This document shows, in pieces, positions 1 to 9,545 of a stretch of 64,000 nucleotides of DNA. Every line of letters begins with the position of its first letter. Within the stretch, counting starts at the first letter, position 1. The stretch lies in contig JAFQQW010000051.1 of NCBI GenBank assembly GCA_017410375.1, forward strand, positions 12,524-76,523, given 5' to 3'. A model generated the notes under the pieces. That model had not been told where the DNA came from and ran no database searches. It worked only from the letters and a program-made list of their open reading frames with translations. The stretch is from Clostridia bacterium. GTDB lineage: Bacteria; Bacillota; Clostridia; RGIG6154. The position numbers and the translations under genes are program-made.

Positions 1-582
1 ACTTGACTCAATATTTTCAAAATCCCTTGTCCTGAAATAGGTGTACTTAAAGTCAGACGAATCAATTGTGTTGGATGGATATTGTGGCGATATCCGTTCC
101 ATAGTTACATAATGAAACATCCCATCCCGGAAACCATATCGAATAATAGCTCCTGGGTGTTCTATTGTTTTTAATATGTTGAAATTTTCGTCCAGAATAT
201 AAAATGGGGATGTATAGTTACTGCTGTCAAAAAGATAGTCCTGTCCGGGTAAATATGTCGATATAGACAAGTATACAGATTTCTCCTTAAGCCAGATTAA
301 ATCCATTTTCTTCCACTGAGAATATTGCTCAATCTTTTCCAAGGAAAATCCGTCAACATCCACATACCAAAGCTCAAACTCGTCCGTTTCTTCGTTATAT
401 TCTTTGTGCAATACTTCTTTTCCGGTCCACACCTGTGTGCCGGGATATCTTTCTGCCTCTTCCTTTGTTATCACTTCAACATCTTCATTGCTTATCCGTG
501 GTACATCTGCAAATACCACCTCAGCAGAAAAGATGCAACTTATGAAAAACAAAATAAATGTTAACATAATTTCTCTCTTCAT
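1..582 (-). CDS. Secreted hypothetical protein (C-terminus cut by window edge)
   Basis: Not in the ORF track because it runs off the window. The reverse strand from ATG (580-582) reads MKREIMLTFILFFISCIFSAEVVFADVPRISNEDVEV... and stays open for 194 codons to position 1 (checked codon by codon: no tta/cta/tca triplets in frame on the + strand). It has a signal-peptide-like N-terminus, a G-rich SD (AAAGGGGG) upstream and a consensus promoter at 608-636. No family recognised. Confidence 0.55.
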   Translation of the reverse strand, partial: MKREIMLTFILFFISCIFSAEVVFADVPRISNEDVEVITKEEAERYPGTQVWTGKEVLHKEYNEETDEFELWYVDVDGFSLEKIEQYSQWKKMDLIWLKEKSVYLSISTYLPGQDYLFDSSNYTSPFYILDENFNILKTIEHPGAIIRYGFRDGMFHYVTMERISPQYPSNTIDSSDFKYTYFRTRDFENIESS

Positions 583-607
583 AAGAGCGCCCCCTTTATG
601 CAAGATT

Positions 608-636
608 AGTATAGTACAGTTTTTTATTTTTGTCAA
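608..636 (-). promoter_or_regulatory. Sigma-A-type promoter for the 1-582 gene
   Basis: Minus strand: TTGACA (631-636), 17-nt spacer, TATACT (608-613), about 25 nt upstream of the ATG at 582. Confidence 0.5.
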
Positions 637-765
637 CAATTCGGAACAAACGTTGCGTTTTAGGGAGCAATCGTATAATTAAATCTAAAAAAGTCAGATT
701 TTGCAAATTTGTCCCGCTTCAGGGTTAGCAATTTTTCATAAATTCGTGAATATAACATAAATTGA

Positions 766-794
766 TTGACAGAAATTCTGTTTTGTGATAGGAT
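766..794 (+). promoter_or_regulatory. Candidate promoter for the GH20 gene
   Basis: TTGACA (766-771), 17 nt, TAGGAT (789-794) preceded by TGa (extended -10). The GTG at 785 used by the ORF track lies inside this spacer, which argues for ATG 824 as the start. Confidence 0.4.
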
Positions 795-823
795 TAACTC
801 ATCAAAAAACGGGAGGAAATACT

Positions 824-2254
824 ATGCAGATTGTTCCGAAACCAAAACAGTATTCCGAAAACGGCAGGATAACCATTCCGCCTGAAATTACGGCAGACGA
901 GACACTTTTATTTTGTGTAAAGGCGTTTTCACGCATGGTTAAAAAGCTGTATGGCATTTACTTAAATCAGGGTGACAACGGCATTAAGCTTTGCTGTAAG
1001 GCTGATTTGCCTGCTGATGCATATGAAATAGACGGTGCGACCATTTTTGCATCTTCTCCCGAGGGTGCAAGATACGGCTTAGCCTCGCTTTTACAGTTGA
1101 TGGAGGTCAATGAAGATAAAAGCATTACCCTTGTCAATGCAAAATTCGCAGAAAAGCCCGATAAAGATTTCCGCGGATTTATGTCTGACCTTGCACGGCA
1201 ATGGCATCCGGTTGAGGTCATTATTGAATACATTGATTTGTGCTATATCAACAAGATTAAATATCTGCAGCTGCATTTTACTGACAATCCCAGCTGGACA
1301 TTGCCCTTTGATGCGTTCCCAAAAGCTGCAACACCGGGCAGAAGCTACACCAAGCAGGAAATTGCATTTATTGTAGAATATGCGCACGAGGCAGGCGTGG
1401 AATTGGTGCCCGAATTTGAGGGCATCGGACACTCGGAAGCCTTGATTGATACATATCCTGAGCTGTTTGGTAATGTATTCGAGGACGAAATGGACAACCG
1501 TGCCGCAGTGAGTGCCCACGCAGATGCTTTGCGTGCCGCAAAAGACAGACTAATGTGCATCGGCAGACCCGATATTTTCCAAAACATCCGTGCATTTTTA
1601 AAGGAAATCTGCGAAACGTTTGTGTATTCAAAATACATTCATGTGGGCTGTGACGAAGCGCGCCACGAAAACTGGGCAAAATGCACCCTATGCAAAGCGT
1701 ATATGGAAAAACATAATATTCCCACTACCCTTGCCCTTTACAGCCACTTTGTAAAAAAGGTCACCGACATCTGCTTAGAGCTTGGCAAAACGCCAATCGT
1801 GTGGGAGGGCTTCCCCAGAGAAGGGGCAGACGACATTTCAAGAGACGTAATTGTTATGGAATTTGAAAGCTATTACCAGTTAGCGCCCGACCTGTTAGAA
1901 CAAGGCTTTCGCGTAATCAACACCTCCTGGAAGCCTATGTACATTCTTCCGCCCTCCAGAAAGGACAGACAATGGACCGTTATCGAAAAGGACTGGAACG
2001 TACACAACTGGCAGCATTTTGCTGACTTTTCACCGGCATTCAAAAACCCCATCAATGTTACGCCCACCGACATGGTTTTAGGCGGTATGCTTTGTCAATG
2101 GGAATGCACGCCCGAGCAGGAAAAAGGAAGCTTTCTTACCAATCTGCCCATGGCTGCAGACCGCTTATGGAACGAAAAAAGCTACTATTCGGCAGAGGAA
2201 TTTGAATCCGCGTGCAAAAAGCTTCGCTCACTCCAAAGCAAACTTACCCAATAA
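824..2254 (+). CDS. GH20-like beta-N-acetylhexosaminidase (no signal peptide)
   Basis: GH20-type blocks are present: FRGFMSDLARQW, YLQLHFTDNPSW, ELVPEFEGIGHSEA and the catalytic-pair motif YIHVGCDEA (H-x-G-G/C-D-E). GGGAGG lies 8 nt upstream of ATG 824. The N-terminus MQIVPKPKQYSE is not hydrophobic. Confidence 0.8.
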   Translation: MQIVPKPKQYSENGRITIPPEITADETLLFCVKAFSRMVKKLYGIYLNQGDNGIKLCCKADLPADAYEIDGATIFASSPEGARYGLASLLQLMEVNEDKSITLVNAKFAEKPDKDFRGFMSDLARQWHPVEVIIEYIDLCYINKIKYLQLHFTDNPSWTLPFDAFPKAATPGRSYTKQEIAFIVEYAHEAGVELVPEFEGIGHSEALIDTYPELFGNVFEDEMDNRAAVSAHADALRAAKDRLMCIGRPDIFQNIRAFLKEICETFVYSKYIHVGCDEARHENWAKCTLCKAYMEKHNIPTTLALYSHFVKKVTDICLELGKTPIVWEGFPREGADDISRDVIVMEFESYYQLAPDLLEQGFRVINTSWKPMYILPPSRKDRQWTVIEKDWNVHNWQHFADFSPAFKNPINVTPTDMVLGGMLCQWECTPEQEKGSFLTNLPMAADRLWNEKSYYSAEEFESACKKLRSLQSKLTQ

Positions 2255-2271
2255 TACAAAAGGAGAAGCTT

Positions 2272-3060
2272 ATGGCATTTGAAATCATTGATTTTCATAC
2301 ACACCCCTTTACCTGTGCAGAAAATAACATCTGTGCGCACAAGGATGTGTGTGACATGGACATTCAAAAAACAAAAGAAGAATTCCTAAGCTTTGGGGTT
2401 TCAAAAATCTGTGGTTCTGTGGTATCGACCCAAAAGCCTGAAGACGGAAATTATTTATCCAAAATCAAAAAGAATAACGATGATGCATTACGTTTGAAAG
2501 AAATCTACGGTTCGTTTTATGTGCCGGGTTTTCATGTACATCCGAAATTCGTGGATGAATCGGTTAAAGAAATTCACAGAATGCACGAAAAGGGCATCCG
2601 ACTAATCGGCGAACTGGTTCCGTATCTTGATGGTTGGGATTCTTATGCATGCGACGAATTTTCCTGTATTTTAGAGGAAGCACAAAAGTTTAATATGGTG
2701 GTAAGCTTTCATTCTTCAGCTGACGAAGACGGCATGGATGCACTTGTTAAAAGGCATCCGAATGTAACCTTTGTGGCAGCACATCCGGGAGAATACAACC
2801 ATGTTATGCGTCATTTAGAGCGCATGAAAATGAGTGAAAACTATTACCTGGATTTATCGGGCACGGGACTCTTTCGTTACGGCGTGCTCAGAAAATTGAT
2901 TGACAAAAGCAGTGCAGAACGTATTTTGTACGGTTCGGACTATCCCATCTGTAACACGTCAATGTTCTTAGGCGGTGTGCTTTGGGATAACCGCATTAAA
3001 GACAGCGAAAAAGAAATGATTCTTTCAGGAAACGCAAAACGTATACTTGGCATAAAATAA
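2272..3060 (+). CDS. Amidohydrolase-family (TIM-barrel metal-dependent hydrolase) protein
   Basis: Trimmed to ATG 2272 (AAAGGAGAAG just upstream, 18 nt after the GH20 stop). MAFEIIDFHTHPF carries the H-x-H metal motif. Later blocks FVAAHPGE and LYGSDYP are typical of Amidohydro_2-type proteins. Confidence 0.7.
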   Translation: MAFEIIDFHTHPFTCAENNICAHKDVCDMDIQKTKEEFLSFGVSKICGSVVSTQKPEDGNYLSKIKKNNDDALRLKEIYGSFYVPGFHVHPKFVDESVKEIHRMHEKGIRLIGELVPYLDGWDSYACDEFSCILEEAQKFNMVVSFHSSADEDGMDALVKRHPNVTFVAAHPGEYNHVMRHLERMKMSENYYLDLSGTGLFRYGVLRKLIDKSSAERILYGSDYPICNTSMFLGGVLWDNRIKDSEKEMILSGNAKRILGIK

Positions 3061-3091
3061 AAAAACAGCCTTGCATTGCAAGGCTGTTTTT
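3061..3091. terminator. Bidirectional rho-independent terminator
   Basis: AAAAACAGCCTTGCattgCAAGGCTGTTTTT is a perfect GC-containing stem flanked by an A-run and a T-run. It lies between the convergent genes ending at 3060 (+) and 3096 (-). Confidence 0.75.
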
Positions 3092-3095
3092 ATGC

Positions 3096-3872
3096 TTAGT
3101 TTAAGCCCATAGATTTTAAGTAATCGTAGCTCTTTTTAAGATTTACGAACGGGTCTTCGCCATAAGAATTATCCTGTTCTACAAACGCAAATTCTACGCC
3201 TAAGTCCAAAGAGGTCTGAATGATTTTTTCAAAATCCAGTTCACCGTGGCCAACAGGCGCGAATCTCTTTTCGCCGTCGGGCATTGTGATTAAATCTTTG
3301 TAATGCACGCAGGGAATTCTACCTTTAAAGCGGTTAAATTCCGAAATAACATCCTCGCCGCCGCGAACAATCCAATGGGTATCCAATGTAAAGCCCATCA
3401 AATCTGCCGGGAATTCATCTTTTAAGAAATCCATAGCACGTTTGCCGTTTACATCCATGTATTCTTTGTCATGGTTATGGTACATATAGTACGCACCGTT
3501 TTCCTGTAAGATTTTAAGTGCCGGCAACGCCTTTTCTTTAAATTCTTCCCAGTAACCGTTGTTTTGTTCACTAACGCTGTCCCAAAGATGCGGCATTGAG
3601 CCAAGGCCAACATATTTGCAACCAAAAATTTTGTGATCCTCTGCCACTTTTTTTGCATCCGCTACCACGGCATCAAATGCAAAATGTGTTAAATCACAAG
3701 TCAAGCCATTCTTTTTCAGTTCATCACGAAGCCATTCAGGCTCGTATGCGCAGGTACCCGAAACCTGCACAGAGGTATAACCGATATCTGCTACCTTTTT
3801 TAAGGTTTCGGAAAAATCTTCTAAAGTTTTGGTGTAATCATGTACAGTGTAAAGCTGTGCACCAATTTTCAT
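3096..3872 (-). CDS. Sugar phosphate isomerase/epimerase (xylose-isomerase-like TIM barrel)
   Basis: Start moved to MKIGAQLYTVHDY (ATG at 3870-3872, GGAG upstream). The N-terminal block MKIGAQLYT...DIGY..VQ and the C-terminal H..D.....E pattern are typical of AP_endonuc_2-family proteins. Confidence 0.8.
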   Translation of the reverse strand: MKIGAQLYTVHDYTKTLEDFSETLKKVADIGYTSVQVSGTCAYEPEWLRDELKKNGLTCDLTHFAFDAVVADAKKVAEDHKIFGCKYVGLGSMPHLWDSVSEQNNGYWEEFKEKALPALKILQENGAYYMYHNHDKEYMDVNGKRAMDFLKDEFPADLMGFTLDTHWIVRGGEDVISEFNRFKGRIPCVHYKDLITMPDGEKRFAPVGHGELDFEKIIQTSLDLGVEFAFVEQDNSYGEDPFVNLKKSYDYLKSMGLN

Positions 3873-3949
3873 AATACATCTTCTCCTTTGCATTTTTTCT
3901 TATTTTAATTGTACCACAAATCAGGAATATGTCAAGGTATTTTTCTTTC

Positions 3950-3978
3950 TTGACAAAGAATTTTTGCTGTGCTAAAAT
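3950..3978 (+). promoter_or_regulatory. Strong sigma-A-type promoter for the GH36 gene
   Basis: TTGACA (3950-3955), exactly 17 nt, TGcTAAAAT (extended -10, TAAAAT 3973-3978). AAAGGAGGA SD at 3992-4000 and ATG at 4008. Confidence 0.65.
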
Positions 3979-4007
3979 GACAATATCGAACAAAGGAGGA
4001 AAAGCAA

Positions 4008-5942
4008 ATGTTAAACTATTCCGCATACATAAATACTGCATCCGACACCGTCTGCAAAGACATTGTCACCGTTTACGAAAAAGCCTCGGATAACGGTGTT
4101 ACCGCTGTTTTTATTGACGCAATTGCTCCAAACAGTATTGGAATCGGTGAAGATTATACCATTCATCCCGATAAAGGTGTTGTGGCAGATGTTGCGATAA
4201 ACGCCGATATCAAAAGCTGTATGGCAAACTACAGAAGATGCGAATACTGGTGTGCACCGTATTTTGCAGACAACACAAAGAATTTGCCCGACGAAACACA
4301 GCTTTTGATTATAAAGCTTAAAACCAATGAATTTTTGGTTGTTGTACCCGTGGTGAACGACAAATACAAGTCGGTTATCCGCGGTAAATCCGAATCAGAG
4401 TTTTCGGTGCGTTGCTTTTCCCACTACGAGGGCCTTTTTGACTGCAAAGGCTTATCCTTCTTGTACGCAGTTGGTAAAAACCCCTTTGAGCTTACCGAAA
4501 AATGTGTTAAAACAGCTCTTGAAATTTTAAACAACGGCACAAGACACCGTCACGACAGAAGATACCCTGCTATTTTTGATACCTTAGGCTGGTGTAGCTG
4601 GGATGCGATGCAAATCCGTGTCAGCGAAGAGGGCTTGCTTGAAAAGTGCGAAGAATTTAAAGAAAAAAACATTCCCGTAAAATGGGCAATTCTTGATGAT
4701 ATGTGGATGGAAGTGCATAGCTTCTACGGAAAAGAGTATGCAAATTTCGGGGAAATGGTAACCCTTATGCATCGGTCTGCACTCTCCCACTTTGACGCCG
4801 ACCCCATACGTTTTCCGAACGGTTTAAAGCACACCATTGATAAAATAAAGGAATATGGCATAAGTGTTGGCTTGTGGCATCCCACCACAGGCTACTGGCG
4901 CGGTATCGAAAAGGACGGTGAAGCTTACCGCCGTTTAAAAGATTGCCTGATAAAGACTAAAAACCACCTATATGTCCCCGACTGGCACACCGAAAAATCC
5001 TATATGTATTACAAAACCATTCACGATTTTTATAAAAAGTGTGGTGCGGAATTTGTAAAAATTGACAACCAATCTATGTCAAACCGTTATTATAACGGCT
5101 TAGCACCTGTCGGGCAGGTTGCAAAGGAATTCCATGACGGTATGGAAGCCTCGGTGGGTGAACATTTTGATAACCAAATGATTAACTGCATGGGTATGGC
5201 AAGCGAGGATATGTGGACAAGAACCGTAAGCCCCATTTCCAGAACCTCGGGCGATTTCCAACCCGAAAACAAAGAGTGGTTCCAAAAACACATTTTGCAA
5301 TGTGCCTATAATTCTATTTTGCAGGGACAGTTTTACTGGTGCGACTGGGATATGTGGTGGACAGATGACGGTCAGGCATCCAAAAACAGCCTGATGCGTG
5401 CGGTAAGTGGCGGTCCGATTTACATCAGCGACAAAATCAATCGTAGCAATGCTGACCTTTTAAAACCGCTTGCACTTGACAATGGTCAGATTCTCCGTTG
5501 CGACCGACCGGGCGTGCCTGCCATGGATTGCGTAACCGAAGACTGTACAATAAACGGCAAGGCTTTAAAAGTACAAAACATTGCAGGTGAACATGGCGTG
5601 CTTGCGGTTTTGAACATTGATAACGACGAAAAAGCGGTTACCGCAACCATTTGCATTGAAGATGTTGACGGATTAAAAGGTGAAGAATATGCGGTTTACG
5701 AGCATTTTTCCAAATCGCTTACTTTCTTAAAGCCGGGCGAAAGCTTTGAAGTGACTCTCGCCTCTCCCGATGCATACAAGCTATACATTTTCGCACCTGT
5801 AAAGGACGGCTTTGCAGTAATCGGCAGAACCGACAAATTTATTTCACCTAAAACCATAAAGTATGTTCATAACAAGGAAGTTGTACTTACAGAAGAGGGG
5901 CCTTACGCCTATGTAGAAAACGGAAAACTCATTTTTAAATAA
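4008..5942 (+). CDS. GH36-family alpha-galactosidase / raffinose-synthase (Sip1)-like protein
   Basis: Blocks FDTLGWCSWDAM, VKWAILDDMW and AEFVKIDNQ match the raffinose-synthase/GH36 signatures (GWC[ST]WDAF, DDGW, VK-x-D). 644 aa, no signal peptide. Confidence 0.75.
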   Translation: MLNYSAYINTASDTVCKDIVTVYEKASDNGVTAVFIDAIAPNSIGIGEDYTIHPDKGVVADVAINADIKSCMANYRRCEYWCAPYFADNTKNLPDETQLLIIKLKTNEFLVVVPVVNDKYKSVIRGKSESEFSVRCFSHYEGLFDCKGLSFLYAVGKNPFELTEKCVKTALEILNNGTRHRHDRRYPAIFDTLGWCSWDAMQIRVSEEGLLEKCEEFKEKNIPVKWAILDDMWMEVHSFYGKEYANFGEMVTLMHRSALSHFDADPIRFPNGLKHTIDKIKEYGISVGLWHPTTGYWRGIEKDGEAYRRLKDCLIKTKNHLYVPDWHTEKSYMYYKTIHDFYKKCGAEFVKIDNQSMSNRYYNGLAPVGQVAKEFHDGMEASVGEHFDNQMINCMGMASEDMWTRTVSPISRTSGDFQPENKEWFQKHILQCAYNSILQGQFYWCDWDMWWTDDGQASKNSLMRAVSGGPIYISDKINRSNADLLKPLALDNGQILRCDRPGVPAMDCVTEDCTINGKALKVQNIAGEHGVLAVLNIDNDEKAVTATICIEDVDGLKGEEYAVYEHFSKSLTFLKPGESFEVTLASPDAYKLYIFAPVKDGFAVIGRTDKFISPKTIKYVHNKEVVLTEEGPYAYVENGKLIFK

Positions 5943-5948
5943 AGCAAA

Positions 5949-5978
5949 AGTGCAGTCAATCTGACTGCACTATTTTTT
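5949..5978. terminator. Bidirectional rho-independent terminator
   Basis: AGTGCAGTCAatcTGACTGCACT followed by ATTTTTT. It overlaps the stop codon (5970-5972) of the convergent DUF3795-like gene. Confidence 0.65.
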
Positions 5979-6359
5979 ACAAACATGTGGTTTTTCGTGC
6001 CACCACATCAATTCTCCGCATTTTTCGCAGAGATTTTCCTTTGTTTGCCGGTCTGCCCAGGCTCTTGCTCCGATTTGCTTCATCTCATTTAAATCTCTGA
6101 TGATGTTTTCGTGATGGCAAATGCCGTTTACAATGTGAATTTTGCTGAAATCGAAAAGTCTCTGACACGGAAACGCACTGCATTCAAAGCAGTATGTTAC
6201 ACCGTGTTCTTTCGAGCAAGTGCGAAAACCGGGAACGCACTCTACACAGTTGCTTCTGACCTTATCGGAAAGACAACCGTGACACGCCTCCGGATAGCTC
6301 GGACAAGTCCCGCAAAACAAACCGCAGATACCCACCGCTTTTTCATCGGGTTTTCTCAT
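5970..6359 (-). CDS. Cys-rich DUF3795-like protein
   Basis: 129 aa with CGLFCGTCPSY...CHGC...C.EC...C..C pattern, as in DUF3795 (putative metal/FeS-binding) proteins. GGGGGAAG SD. Confidence 0.55.
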   Translation of the reverse strand: MRKPDEKAVGICGLFCGTCPSYPEACHGCLSDKVRSNCVECVPGFRTCSKEHGVTYCFECSAFPCQRLFDFSKIHIVNGICHHENIIRDLNEMKQIGARAWADRQTKENLCEKCGELMWWHEKPHVCKK

Positions 6360-6382
6360 TTTTATCTTCCCCCTTTTTTTAC

Positions 6383-7459
6383 TTAGTATACAACTGTTAT
6401 AAACACAGAATTATCGCTGCCATAGGCTTCACATCCCTTAGGCTGCATCCATTCCGCTGCCATCACAACCGCCTTTCCCTCTTTATAGGGCGCAACGCAA
6501 AAATTTCCGAGTCTTGCGCCTCTTTCTTTCACAACTACAAATTCGCTGTCCTTTAAAAGACGCATATTTTCAACCTTAGCTGCAAACAAGGGTGCTCTGT
6601 GGCGAAATACATGGTCATTATCCGCTCCTCGTCTTGTGTACACCAGATAAAGCGCATCACGAACTTGCATAAAATGCTGTTGGGTGTTGTAATTCTGTAA
6701 AATACTTCCATCCTCCCATTTCCAGAGCTGAAGATTTTTATAATGCAATCCGTCCTCACTTTCGGCAACCATACCGCATTCATCATTGCGAAGCGTCATG
6801 TAGTAAACACCGTTATGAAAAACAATGGATGGTTCATAAAGGCCTCTGCCTATTTGGGCGGTAATAGAATTTCCCATTTCCAGAAGCTTTACATTTTCTC
6901 CGTCAAAGGCGCAACGAATAACCATGGAATGATAATACTTTTCGTCCGCTTTTTTATAGTACACCGGAATAAGCAAATCACCGTTTGCAAGCTCTATACT
7001 TTGTCCGCTGCCGTTTCCGCAATCGAAATACCCCTCGGGCATTTCAAGAAACTTCATTCTAGAAAATGTCTGCGATTTTTCATCATAAATGCTGTAAAAG
7101 GTATATCTTCTGTTGTCAGCAGATGTCATCGCACCCTTTTCATACGCTGTAGTATGACCAAGCAAAAGAATTTTTCCTGTTTTTTTGTGATACATCGGCG
7201 TTGCATCGCAGCCAACCGTTATTGTATTTCCCTCCTCGATAGGCGCAAGTCCTGCCTGCGGTTTAAAAGGGCTCCAGGTTTTACCCCCGTCTGAGCTTAA
7301 ACTTGAATAAAGTCCGGAAAAAAGATCACATCCGTCCACACTCAAATATTGCGCTGTTGCCAGCATAAAAGCATCGGTATAACAGCACCGTGCGTGTACA
7401 AAACACTGTTTTCCGTCATATCCGTTTTCAATTACATAGGTTTCACAGTTCACTCCCAA
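6383..7459 (-). CDS. BNR/Asp-box sialidase-superfamily protein, no signal peptide
   Basis: Canonical Asp-box SSDGGKTWS (S-x-D-x-G-x-T-W). The size and beta-rich composition fit a six-bladed propeller. The start is TTG (7457-7459) or a nearby GTG, so it is uncertain. Confidence 0.65.
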   Translation of the reverse strand: MGVNCETYVIENGYDGKQCFVHARCCYTDAFMLATAQYLSVDGCDLFSGLYSSLSSDGGKTWSPFKPQAGLAPIEEGNTITVGCDATPMYHKKTGKILLLGHTTAYEKGAMTSADNRRYTFYSIYDEKSQTFSRMKFLEMPEGYFDCGNGSGQSIELANGDLLIPVYYKKADEKYYHSMVIRCAFDGENVKLLEMGNSITAQIGRGLYEPSIVFHNGVYYMTLRNDECGMVAESEDGLHYKNLQLWKWEDGSILQNYNTQQHFMQVRDALYLVYTRRGADNDHVFRHRAPLFAAKVENMRLLKDSEFVVVKERGARLGNFCVAPYKEGKAVVMAAEWMQPKGCEAYGSDNSVFITVVY

Positions 7460-7513
7460 TCACCCTCTTCCTTTCTGTAACCAGTATAACAGATTCAAAC
7501 ATTTCTTGCAATA

Positions 7514-7549
7514 AAAAAACAGACATTTTTGAAAGAAAATGTCTGTTTT
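7514..7549 (-). terminator. Rho-independent terminator after the esterase gene
   Basis: AAACAGACATTTTtgaaagAAAATGTCTGTTT with a T-run on the minus strand (A-run 7514-7519 on +), 8 nt downstream of the stop at 7557. Confidence 0.65.
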
Positions 7550-7556
7550 ACCATAT

Positions 7557-8555
7557 TTATTTTCCTAAAAGCTTATGTACATACGGCCATGCGTCGTCTG
7601 CATAAAAGCGATGTCCGCCGTTTCCTTTAACCAGTACGCAGTTTTCTTCTTTACCCATGGAAGCATAGGCGTTTTTACCGTCATTAAATACTTTTTCTGC
7701 CGCCTGAACCGGGAAAATCGTATCTTCCAAGCCCGAAACCTGTATAAATGGCTTCGGATACGCCATCGCCATCAAATCGCCCATATCAAAGTATTCTGCA
7801 ATATGCGGAACATAATTGCACGCACAATGACGCATTGCACCGATGGAATCTTTATATGTACACATTGCACAAGACGGCATAGCAAGCTTAATTCTGTCCT
7901 CTAACGCCGAAACATAAGCGGTTGCCGTACCGCCGCCGGAGTTTCCCATGCAACAAACAGTGTTTACATCTACTTTATCCGAAAAATCCTTTTCCAGAAC
8001 GTCAATCAAACGGCAAACATCCCACACTCTTTCGCCAACTGTGGTTCTGCCCATCAAAAGAGCAGTCAGTGCAGGCTCAAAGCATTTCGGTCCGGTTTCG
8101 TCACCGCCGCATTCACCAAAGTTTCTCTGTTCTAAGGCGATTGCCGCAAAGCCTTCTTTTACCGCACGCACACAAAAATCTCTGTCGCCTCCGCTGATGG
8201 TAATTTCGTCTCCCTCAAACTTAGGTCTGCCTAACGAGATGTGCATCCCCTTAGAGTGCCCCTGCAGACAAATCATAACAGGCGGATTTTCAATGCCGTC
8301 CGGCAAAAGCAAATGGCAAGGCACACGGTATCCCGCTTCAGACTGAAAATTAAAACGGATTTCGGTTGCCCCCTCTATTTTCTGCTCATATTCGATGACT
8401 GTTTCAGGCAAAACATATGAAAATTTATCCATACCCAAAAGCTTTTTTAACTTTTCTCTGGCAACCGGCTGCCATGCGGAAAGATTTCCGTCATACGGCA
8501 TAGACGGTGTTTGTTCCTGCACTTTTTCTTTTAAATACTCGTATGCTGTTTTCAT
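7557..8555 (-). CDS. Alpha/beta-hydrolase esterase (Abhydrolase_7 / acetyl-esterase-like)
   Basis: Nucleophile elbow CMGNSGGG (G-x-S-x-G). The C-terminal H in GNGGHRF is consistent with a Ser-Asp-His triad. Start placed at MKTAYEYLKEK (ATG 8553-8555, AAGGAGG upstream); the longer ORF to 8621 is possible. Confidence 0.65.
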   Translation of the reverse strand: MKTAYEYLKEKVQEQTPSMPYDGNLSAWQPVAREKLKKLLGMDKFSYVLPETVIEYEQKIEGATEIRFNFQSEAGYRVPCHLLLPDGIENPPVMICLQGHSKGMHISLGRPKFEGDEITISGGDRDFCVRAVKEGFAAIALEQRNFGECGGDETGPKCFEPALTALLMGRTTVGERVWDVCRLIDVLEKDFSDKVDVNTVCCMGNSGGGTATAYVSALEDRIKLAMPSCAMCTYKDSIGAMRHCACNYVPHIAEYFDMGDLMAMAYPKPFIQVSGLEDTIFPVQAAEKVFNDGKNAYASMGKEENCVLVKGNGGHRFYADDAWPYVHKLLGK

Positions 8556-8660
8556 AATTCCAAAACAACCTCCTTTAACAAATATTCGCTTCATATTAGC
8601 ACATTTTTCACGCCTTGTCAAGTAAAAAGGAATACCCGGAAACGGCTATTCCTTGTTTAT

Positions 8661-9533
8661 TCAGCTGTTCAGCAAAATGACCGATAAAACACCAGTACAA
8701 ATGCCTGCAATCTGCAAAAGCGTAAATTTTTCTTTGAACATGAATCGGGATGCTAAAACGCTGAACAGCGTGCCGTAGATTGCATCTAACGGGAACATAA
8801 TCATAGCATCCACTCTTGCGGCAACAAATAAGCAAACATACTGCATCGCTGCCACGCAAATGCCCGCCAGAGAACCATAGAATACTTTTGCAGAAGTTTT
8901 TTCCCGGTCTTTGCCGGCTTTCTTTTTATGTATGAAGCCGTTTATAATCATCAGCACCAAAAACACCACAAACGCAACCGCCAATGCATCGGCAACCATT
9001 TCATTCTGATACTGATTGGGGAAATGTGTCTGGTGCATTTTATTAATTACCAACAAACCGCCATTGCAAATGAACGAAATGCACACATATAATGGCCAGC
9101 CTTTTTGGGTTGTTTTATCTTCATCATCCTTCTTGTTAATCAGCAACATAGAAACGAGCAGCAAAAGGATACCGGCAATCCGCATGACTCCCAAAGCTTC
9201 ATTTAAAAAGAACAAGCCGTAAAAGCAGGGTATTACAATTGCATACGAGCAAATAAGTGATGTTAACGCAAGCGGTCCTGCAGACAAAGCCTTGTAATCG
9301 GATATCATACCCACAAGATAAAAAACAGCATATGCCATTGCATAATAAAAAGTTGGCAGATGGAAACGCAGACTAAAGCCTGACATCACAAGCATTAAAA
9401 GTATGCCTGAAATACTTTGTACTGCATTAAAAGCAAAAATGTTTACCTTCTTTTCTCCTTTGGAGGATTGCTTGATGAATGCACAGCGAATAACCGACAA
9501 AAGCGGAATCAGCGGAATCAACAACATAGCCAT
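8661..9533 (-). CDS. DMT/EamA-like 10-TM permease (possible sugar transporter)
   Basis: 290 aa and almost entirely hydrophobic, with about 10 predicted TM segments in two similar halves. GGAG SD. It is the only transporter in the window. Confidence 0.6.
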   Translation of the reverse strand: MAMLLIPLIPLLSVIRCAFIKQSSKGEKKVNIFAFNAVQSISGILLMLVMSGFSLRFHLPTFYYAMAYAVFYLVGMISDYKALSAGPLALTSLICSYAIVIPCFYGLFFLNEALGVMRIAGILLLLVSMLLINKKDDEDKTTQKGWPLYVCISFICNGGLLVINKMHQTHFPNQYQNEMVADALAVAFVVFLVLMIINGFIHKKKAGKDREKTSAKVFYGSLAGICVAAMQYVCLFVAARVDAMIMFPLDAIYGTLFSVLASRFMFKEKFTLLQIAGICTGVLSVILLNS

Positions 9534-9545
9534 AGTTAACTCTCC

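Noticed and set aside
785-823. GTG at 785 as the start of the GH20 gene (ORF-track start)
   Set aside because: It lies within the predicted promoter spacer and -10 region and has no SD. ATG 824 has GGGAGG at the proper distance.
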